Positions 57,409-64,000 of a stretch of DNA of 64,000 nucleotides are shown here, one piece after another (within the stretch, counting starts at the first letter, position 1; every line of letters starts with the position of its first letter). The position numbers and the translations under genes are program-made. The DNA is from Acidobacteriota bacterium. GTDB lineage: Bacteria > Acidobacteriota > UBA890 > WLXD01. The DNA is taken from positions 141,984 to 205,983 of the forward strand of contig WLXD01000003.1 in assembly GCA_012103255.1 (NCBI GenBank), in the 5' to 3' direction. Below the pieces are notes generated by a model. That model made no database searches. It was given only the letters and a program-made list of their open reading frames with translations, and was not told where the DNA came from.

Positions 57409-60038
57409 GCCGCGGCACGAGCGGCGTGCTTGAATGTATCCACGGCAGTGCCATTCGGGTGCTCGCGCCGAATCTGTGGCGGCGGCGCGAGGCGGATCTT
57501 CAGGCAACGTTGGCCGACCTTCATGCGGAGGCTCGCTCCAAAGGCGGGCTAGCTGCTGCGATCACGCTCGTGATGCGGGAATGTCGCGTCCTCGTCACTG
57601 AGCTCCTGCGTGCCTGCCGACAGGCCATCATCGGGGGGCTCGGTTCGGACCTGCGCTACGCCATCCGCGTACTGCTGCAGCGCCCCGGCGCCACTGCCGT
57701 CATGGTGCTGACCATGGCTCTCGGCATCGCTGTCAACGTGACGGTGTTCCGCGCGGTGCAGCAGGCCATTCTGCAGCCGTTGCCATTCGACGAACCCGAA
57801 CGTATCGCGATCCTCTGGGACTACGACCTCGAGCGCGGCCGCAACGCAGTCGGAATCTCGACGGCGCTGGCGTTCGACACCTACCGCAACGGCGGTGGAG
57901 CGCTCGCCGAGTTCGCGGCCAGCCGCAACGGCACGCTGACGCTGACCGGGCTCGAACGTCCGCTTTCTCCCCTGAAAACCTTCATGACGCCGAGCCTACA
58001 TGCGCTTTTCGGGGTCGCGCCCATCCTTGGCCGCACTTTCACCTCCGAGGACGCAGCTCTGGGTGCCGCGCCGGTGGCTATGTTGAGCCACGAACTCTGG
58101 CAGCAACTTGGTGGCGACCCGTCGATCGTCGGGCAGCCTCTGGAACTGGACGGCGCTGACTCGACAATCGTCGGGGTCATGCCTGCGGGCTTCCGATTTC
58201 CGCTCGGCAACAACCCTCCTCTGCTCTGGGCCCCGCTCCAGGTCGAGGACTGGTCCGAACGGAACACGCGCAACCTGTTCGTCTTCGCTCGGCTGAACGA
58301 ACACATCAGCTATGAGCAGTTCGGTAGCGCGATGGACGAGCTCGGGGCGAGCCTGGCCGCGACCTACCCGGACTCGTTCGGCGGTCGCGGCGTGCGCGTC
58401 GATGCGCTCCAGGACCGAGCCTTCGGGCCCGCGCGGGTACCTCTCCTTGTACTGATGGGAGCGGTGGGCTTCGTCCTACTCATCGCGTGCGTCAACATCG
58501 CCAACATGCAGCTGGCACGAGCCCTCGGACGAACCCGCGAGCTGGGATTGCGAATCGCCATTGGTGCGAGCCAGACGCGGATCGTTCGACAGCTCATGGT
58601 CGAGGCACTCCTGGTGGCAACCGCCGGAGGTGGACTCGGTCTGCTTGCCGTGCTTTGGACAGGTCCTTTCGTGGACCGGTTCATGCCGCCCTGGGCGAGC
58701 AATGAGTTCTATTCCACCGGATTGGCCAACACGCAGGTAGTGATCTTCACCGCGTTCGCGACCATTGGCACCGCCCTGATCTTTGGACTGGCCCCGGCGC
58801 TTGCAGTCGCGCGCGGAGCGCGCAATGACGCGACGATGCGAACGAGCACCGAAGGCCGGACCGGCCGGCGACTCCGACGCGGCCTCACGATCGCAGAGGT
58901 GGCCATCTCGCTCGTACTCCTTGCGGGTACCGGCTTGATGGTCCGGAGCCTGGTCTCGCTGAGAGCCCTGGACCCCGGGATCACGACCGAGCGCCTCACG
59001 GTGATGCGCACCGGAGTGCGCGGCGACGAGTATTCGGTTCCGGAGCGCCGCGCCGCGCACTATCGGGACGTTGTCGCGCGCCTCAACGAATTGCCGGGCG
59101 TTGAGTCCGCCACTGCAGGTGATCGACTTCCACCCACGGGACTCGGCGCGAGCGTAGCGTTCACCGTGTCGAATGGTGCCGCAGTGGATCATGGGCACGA
59201 GCCGCGGATCGGGATTCGCTCAGTGACTCCCGGCTATTTTGCCACGCTGAAGATCGAGGTCATCTCTGGTATTCCATTCGGGCACGAAACCGATCTGGCC
59301 GGTGAACCGGTGGCCGTGATCAACGAGACCGCCAGGCGACGCTTCTGGCCTGAAGCCGACCCCGTGGGTTCCACGATCACGCTGCTGGACGACGCCACAC
59401 CGCGGAGGATCGTTGCCGTCGTCGGGGACGTGCGCACGTGGGGAGTACCGCCCGAAACTCCGCCGATGCTGTTCCTGCCCCATGAACAACGGGCCGCCGC
59501 AACGATGACTCTGGCCGTCCGCACGGAGCCGGGCGCGGCCGTGTCGGTGGAGGCCATGCAGAAGATCATTCTTGATGCAGAGCCTCGCTCCCCGATCTAC
59601 AACGTCACGACGATGGACCAGCGAATAGAGGACGCCAACCGGAGCGTGACCGGCATCGCCGAGCTACTCGGCTGGTTCGCGATGCTGGCGCTGGCCCTGG
59701 TCACGATCGGCATCTACGCGATCATGTCGCAGACGGTGCGTGAGCGGTTCCGCGAGTTCGGGATCCGGATGGCGCTCGGCGCCCCGGCCAAGAGCATGCT
59801 CCGGCTGGTGGTGCGCGACGCACTCCGCATCGCCGCATGGGGCAGTGCCGTCGGACTCGTGGGCGCGCTGACCTTGGGGCGCGTACTGACCGGCCTGCTA
59901 TACGACGTCGCGCCTCATGATCCCGTCACCATGGGCGCAGTACTCCTCGGGATGGCAGCCGTCGTCGTGACCGCGAGTGCGGTCCCAGGCCTTCGAGCGG
60001 CCCGCACCAACCCTGCCGACACGCTGCGCCAGGACTAG
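57405..60038 (+). CDS. FtsX-family ABC transporter permease (MacB-like, duplicated 'ADOP' type)
   Basis: 877 aa. Same architecture and conserved N-terminal leader as 21243-23936. Confidence 0.8.
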   Translation: MSRGTSGVLECIHGSAIRVLAPNLWRRREADLQATLADLHAEARSKGGLAAAITLVMRECRVLVTELLRACRQAIIGGLGSDLRYAIRVLLQRPGATAVMVLTMALGIAVNVTVFRAVQQAILQPLPFDEPERIAILWDYDLERGRNAVGISTALAFDTYRNGGGALAEFAASRNGTLTLTGLERPLSPLKTFMTPSLHALFGVAPILGRTFTSEDAALGAAPVAMLSHELWQQLGGDPSIVGQPLELDGADSTIVGVMPAGFRFPLGNNPPLLWAPLQVEDWSERNTRNLFVFARLNEHISYEQFGSAMDELGASLAATYPDSFGGRGVRVDALQDRAFGPARVPLLVLMGAVGFVLLIACVNIANMQLARALGRTRELGLRIAIGASQTRIVRQLMVEALLVATAGGGLGLLAVLWTGPFVDRFMPPWASNEFYSTGLANTQVVIFTAFATIGTALIFGLAPALAVARGARNDATMRTSTEGRTGRRLRRGLTIAEVAISLVLLAGTGLMVRSLVSLRALDPGITTERLTVMRTGVRGDEYSVPERRAAHYRDVVARLNELPGVESATAGDRLPPTGLGASVAFTVSNGAAVDHGHEPRIGIRSVTPGYFATLKIEVISGIPFGHETDLAGEPVAVINETARRRFWPEADPVGSTITLLDDATPRRIVAVVGDVRTWGVPPETPPMLFLPHEQRAAATMTLAVRTEPGAAVSVEAMQKIILDAEPRSPIYNVTTMDQRIEDANRSVTGIAELLGWFAMLALALVTIGIYAIMSQTVRERFREFGIRMALGAPAKSMLRLVVRDALRIAAWGSAVGLVGALTLGRVLTGLLYDVAPHDPVTMGAVLLGMAAVVVTASAVPGLRAARTNPADTLRQD

Positions 60039-60072
60039 TCCCCGCGGGGGCTAGCACGCAACCCCCCGCGCG

Positions 60073-61602
60073 CTAGTCCTTGCGGGGCACGCGTTGGTCC
60101 GCCATGGCGGCGTGATAGACGAAGGCCGCCATCACTACAGCGTTGTGCTTCAGATCGTCAATCGGCAACGTGTCGTAGAAGTCCATGTTCGTGTGGCCGC
60201 CAGTTCCCCCGGCACGATCCTGTAGGAACTGAAATCCAGGCAGCCCGGCGCCGTCGAATGGCACGTGATCGGTACTCCCCACGCCGCGAATCGACACTGT
60301 CGTCACGCCAAGATCACGAAATGGTGCGATCCAAGCCTCGAACATCGGCCGAGCAGCCTCGTTGCCTTGCAGGTAGATACCGCGGTACTTGCCAGGGCCG
60401 TAGTCCTGATTGAAGTACGCCGAGAACTTCTCGTAGGCCGGCGTGGTGCCACTTGCCGGATCGCCGAAGTGACGGTTCACGTATGCGCGCGACCCGAAGA
60501 TGCCTTGCTCTTCGCCGGACCAGAGCGCGACCCTGATCGTGCGTCGCGGCTGCGCGCCGAGCGCGGTCAGAATTCTGGCTGCCTCAAGCATCACCGCAAC
60601 GCCCGAGGTGTTGTCACTCGCGTTGGGGCTCGCGTGCCAGGTGTCGAAGTGGGCGCCGAGCATCACCACTTCGTCGGCCAGGTCAGTGCCAGGGATCTCG
60701 CCAAGCACGTTGGCCGCCTGCTGCACTTCATTGCCGATCGTGTTCCGAACCTCGACCTCGACCCGCACATCAATCCCGCGCGACACGATGCGGTGCATGC
60801 GGTTGTAGTGCTCAGGCGTGATGGCCACGATCGGAAGAGAGTCGAGGCTCTCCTGACGCGCCCACCGGTCGACCTTGGTGCCCGGGCGGCCGAACCCGCG
60901 CACGGCGCCCGGCCAACCACTACGCGACTCCAACAACACCGGAACCCCCTCGGACTTGAAGAACGCCATCCGTTCGCCGTCATCGAGGTCATCGGGCCCT
61001 GGCTCTGGGCGCGTGCGTGGTGTAGCGGGAGGCGCCGGCATCGCCAGCTCGCGCAACTCCTCGTTGGTGCGGGATGGCGACCCGCGATTGATTCTGTCGA
61101 GGTCAATCACGGCAGGAGGTGTCCAGAGCACTGCCTTGCCGGCAAGACGCCCCCGCCACCGCTCCAGCTCGGCCAGCGAACGCGAATCCACCACCACAGC
61201 GTCCAGTTGCAGTGCCCCATCGGTGCCCGGCGTGTGGCTCAGTGGGTAGCCGACCATCGGTTGGTAGTCGGGTTCCAGCAAGTGCAACGACACGTAGTCG
61301 TTGCTCCATGCGATTCCGTAGTCCATGAACGGCTCGATTTCGATGTTCGTCAAGCCGATGCGCTCCATCTCCCCGATCGCCCACCGCTGCGCCCGCCGCA
61401 TGCCCGGCGACACCGTCAGGCGCGCGCCCAGCACGTCCGTCATATACGACAGCGTGTCGGGCAGCTCCGACCGTTCGAAGCCCTCGTCGCGAATGCGCGA
61501 GACCATCTCGAGGTCTGCCTCATACGTCTGCGGGGTTGCGACCGCCCCACTCGGCAGCAGGACGAGGATGAGCAACAACGCGGGAAATCGACGGAGATTC
61601 GA
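60073..61602 (-). CDS. M28-family aminopeptidase with PA domain, secreted
   Basis: …VVMLGAHFDTWHASPNASDNTSGVAVMLEAARIL… and …VALWSGEEQGIFGSRAY… are M28 zinc-ligand blocks. The signal peptide follows ATG 61602. Confidence 0.8.
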   Translation of the reverse strand, partial: SNLRRFPALLLILVLLPSGAVATPQTYEADLEMVSRIRDEGFERSELPDTLSYMTDVLGARLTVSPGMRRAQRWAIGEMERIGLTNIEIEPFMDYGIAWSNDYVSLHLLEPDYQPMVGYPLSHTPGTDGALQLDAVVVDSRSLAELERWRGRLAGKAVLWTPPAVIDLDRINRGSPSRTNEELRELAMPAPPATPRTRPEPGPDDLDDGERMAFFKSEGVPVLLESRSGWPGAVRGFGRPGTKVDRWARQESLDSLPIVAITPEHYNRMHRIVSRGIDVRVEVEVRNTIGNEVQQAANVLGEIPGTDLADEVVMLGAHFDTWHASPNASDNTSGVAVMLEAARILTALGAQPRRTIRVALWSGEEQGIFGSRAYVNRHFGDPASGTTPAYEKFSAYFNQDYGPGKYRGIYLQGNEAARPMFEAWIAPFRDLGVTTVSIRGVGSTDHVPFDGAGLPGFQFLQDRAGGTGGHTNMDFYDTLPIDDLKHNAVVMAAFVYHAAMADQRVPRKD

Positions 61603-61757
61603 CATCTGGACCTTCCACTTCAAGGCATTCGAGCCGGTTGGCGCGCTCTGGCAACAGCCACGGCGCGCGCCTATGCTACAGCCCGCAATGCAGGAGAGGC
61701 CAAGCGGTGAAGCTGCTGTCGCTCTCCCCAAACCACTCACCCAGGCCCGGAGGCAAG

Positions 61758-63503
61758 ATGACCGGCTCGAGAATCTTCATTGCTCTAGTGGCCTGCAGCG
61801 TCGTTGGCTGCGCGGCGCCTCCCGAGCCTGCCGACATGATCCTCACCAATGGAAGGATCTACACGCTCGACTGGGACGATCCGGACCTGGAAGGCGTGCC
61901 CGCGCCCAACGCGCCCTTCAGCGACTCATGGCAGCCTGACGCGGAAGCCATCGCGGTGAGCGGCGGAATGGTGGTCGCGGCAGGCACCTCGGATGAAATC
62001 GAGCGCTGGCGCGACGACTCCACCGAGGTAGTGGATCTGCAGGGTGCAACGGCCATTCCCGGGCTGGTCGAGTCGCACTCACACGCGGCCGGACTCGGGC
62101 GGAACTTGCGACGTCTCGACCTGCGCGGAGTGATCGGCGAAGAAGACGCGGTCGAACTCATCGTCGCGAAGGCCGCCGAGACCCCTCCCGGCGAGTGGAT
62201 TCTGGGTTGGGGCTTCGACGAAGGCGAATGGGCCACGCATGGGTACCCGGACAACGATCTGCTCTCGCGCCAGGTGCCCGATCACCCCGTCGTGCTTTCC
62301 GGTCTGCACGGCTTTGCCACCTGGGCCAACCAACGTGCACTCGATGAGGCCGGCATCGACGCGGACACGCCAACGCCCTCAGGCGGCACCGTGAGTCGCG
62401 ACTCCGCCGGCAATCCAACCGGGATTTTCCTGAACCGCGCCTCCGGAATGCTCGGCGCCGCGATCCCGGATGCCGGCGCCGCCCAGTTGGAGGAGGACCT
62501 TCGCCTGGGACTCGAGGAACTCGCCCGGTCGGGCTACGTCCGGGTGCACGAAGCTGGAGTCGGGTCATCGCTCCTGGCGGCGATGGAGTCGCTGGATGCA
62601 CGCGGCGCTCTGCCCACGCGCGTTTTCGCCATGCTCTCGGCGCGCGACGAACCTCTTTCGCGCCGCTTCATCGAGAGCGGTCCAGTGGCTGAAGCCGCTG
62701 GGTCGCGACTCGCGGTGCAATCGGTGAAGGCGTACTACGACGCTGCGCTCGGCTCTCGCGGAGCGCGGATGATCGAAGACTATTCCGACATGCCTGGCCA
62801 CCGCGGCACGAGTGGCAACGACTACGGTTTCGATCAGGCCCTGGTGGCGGAGTTGATGGCAGCCGGTTTCCAGGTAGGAATTCACGCCATCGGCGATGCA
62901 GGCAACCGCGAGACTCTCGATTTCATCGCCGGGGTGTATGAGGAGGCCGAGGGAACCGAGGCGCGGCGTCATCGCATCGAACACGCGCAGGTGATCCACC
63001 CGGATGACCTTACCCGTCTCGCCGAGCTCGGCATCACGGCCTCGATGCAACCGCCGCACGCCGTGGAGGACAAGACCTGGGCCGAGGAACGAGTAGGACC
63101 GGATCGTATCCGTGGCGCATACGCATGGCGCTCGCTACGCCGGGCCGGCACGAGCGTCATCTTCAGCTCCGACCTCGCCGGCTCCGACCACAGCATCTTC
63201 TATGGATTGCATGCCGCCGTCACCCGTCGCGACAAGCAGGCCGAGCCGATGGCGGGCTGGTATCCGTAGGAGAGGTTCACGCCAGAGGAGGCGATCCGGG
63301 CCTACACCTCCTGGCCTGCCTGGGCCGGATTCGACGAACGCGATGCGGGCAAGCTGGCGCCAGGCTACCGGGCCGATGTGACCGTCATCGATGTCGATCC
63401 CTTCGCGCTCCCGATCGATCGCTACGCAGAGATTCTTGACGGGCGCGTGCTGCTGACGATGATCGGCGGCCGCGTGGAGCACCGAGCCACCGAGCTCCCA
63501 TGA
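61758..63503 (+). pseudogene. amidohydrolase-3 family (metal-dependent hydrolase) gene interrupted by in-frame TAG at 63267-63269
   Basis: N-terminal …ILTNGRIYTL…, metal-binding …GLVESHSHAAGLG… and …GIHAIGDAGN…. The ORF stops at …RRDKQAEPMAGWYP(TAG) and continues in the same frame with …ERFTPEEAIRAYTSWPAWAGFDERDAGKLAPGYRADVTVIDVDP…LLTMIGGRVEH to TGA 63501-63503. That continuation is the canonical C-terminus of this family. Confidence 0.7.
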
Positions 63504-63593
63504 GGGGGCAGCAGAGGTTGCAATCACGGGCTACGATGATCCCGACTCCCCGATTGATGGCGCGATCAGATTCCGCGCAACGAGGCCTCTACA

Positions 63594-64000
63594 GTGGAGA
63601 GTTCCGTGACGTCGACTGCGGCTGATCCCAAGGCAGAGCCGGACTGGCAACACCTCACCGCCAAGTTTCTGCGCCCGGACCCGCTGAAGAGCTCCTGGCA
63701 GATGATCAACTCGCTGCTGCCCTATGCCGGCATGTGGGTGTTGATGTACTGGAGTCTCGACTATTCCTACTGGTTGACGCTTGCGCTCTCTATCCCGGCA
63801 GGCGGTCTCCTCGTGCGGATCTTCATCATCTTCCACGACTGCACGCACGGCGCGTTCTTTCAGTCGAAGCGCGCGAATGGACTGGTCGGCTACGTGACCG
63901 GCGTGTTGACTCTCACGCCTTTCGACCAGTGGCGTCGTGAGCACGCGATGCATCACGCCACATCCGGAGATCTTGATCGCCGGCACGTTGGTGGCGAGAT
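63594..64000 (+). CDS. membrane fatty-acid desaturase family protein (5' part, runs off window)
   Basis: A frame open from 63558 with candidate GTG starts at 63594 or 63606. Two TM helices, then His box 1 …IFHDCTHGAFF… and His box 2 …HAMHHATSGDLDRRH…. Confidence 0.6.
   Translation, partial: MESSVTSTAADPKAEPDWQHLTAKFLRPDPLKSSWQMINSLLPYAGMWVLMYWSLDYSYWLTLALSIPAGGLLVRIFIIFHDCTHGAFFQSKRANGLVGYVTGVLTLTPFDQWRREHAMHHATSGDLDRRHVGGE

Noticed and set aside
60265-61710. 481-aa plus-strand ORF
   Set aside because: It is antisense to the M28 aminopeptidase gene and non-protein-like (R/H/A-rich).
63531-63986. 151-aa minus-strand ORF at window end
   Set aside because: The opposite strand encodes a clear fatty-acid desaturase N-terminus with two His boxes, so the minus ORF is its shadow.

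Overview
This is a gene-dense, high-GC (~65-68%) chromosomal stretch whose gene content resembles Gemmatimonadota or Acidobacteriota (inference). It carries many secreted peptidases (M28, M16 and AstE/AspA families), TolB-like beta-propeller and amidohydrolase proteins, BNR/sortilin-repeat glycosidase-like proteins, and two PadR + FtsX-type permease pairs. Most of it looks like ordinary core genome. The exception is 25581-34993. An intact tRNA-Leu(CAA) there is followed by three truncated direct copies of its own 3' end (54, 57 and 23 nt). These repeats delimit three tandem, integrase-less islets. The islets encode a TIR-domain protein with two orphan partners, a RelA/SpoT (toxSAS-like) domain protein with a signal-peptide-like N-terminus and a small Cys-rich upstream ORF, a CadC-like regulator, and a few small proteins. 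I consider this array a candidate and possibly undescribed defense/toxin hotspot. Other items worth a second look are an ECF sigma / anti-sigma / B12-binding-domain operon with overlapping start/stop codons, a VTC-DUF4956-CotH cassette, palindromic operators upstream of both padR genes, and three genes disrupted by a frameshift or an in-frame TAG. No CRISPR array, transposase, integrase or rRNA was seen.
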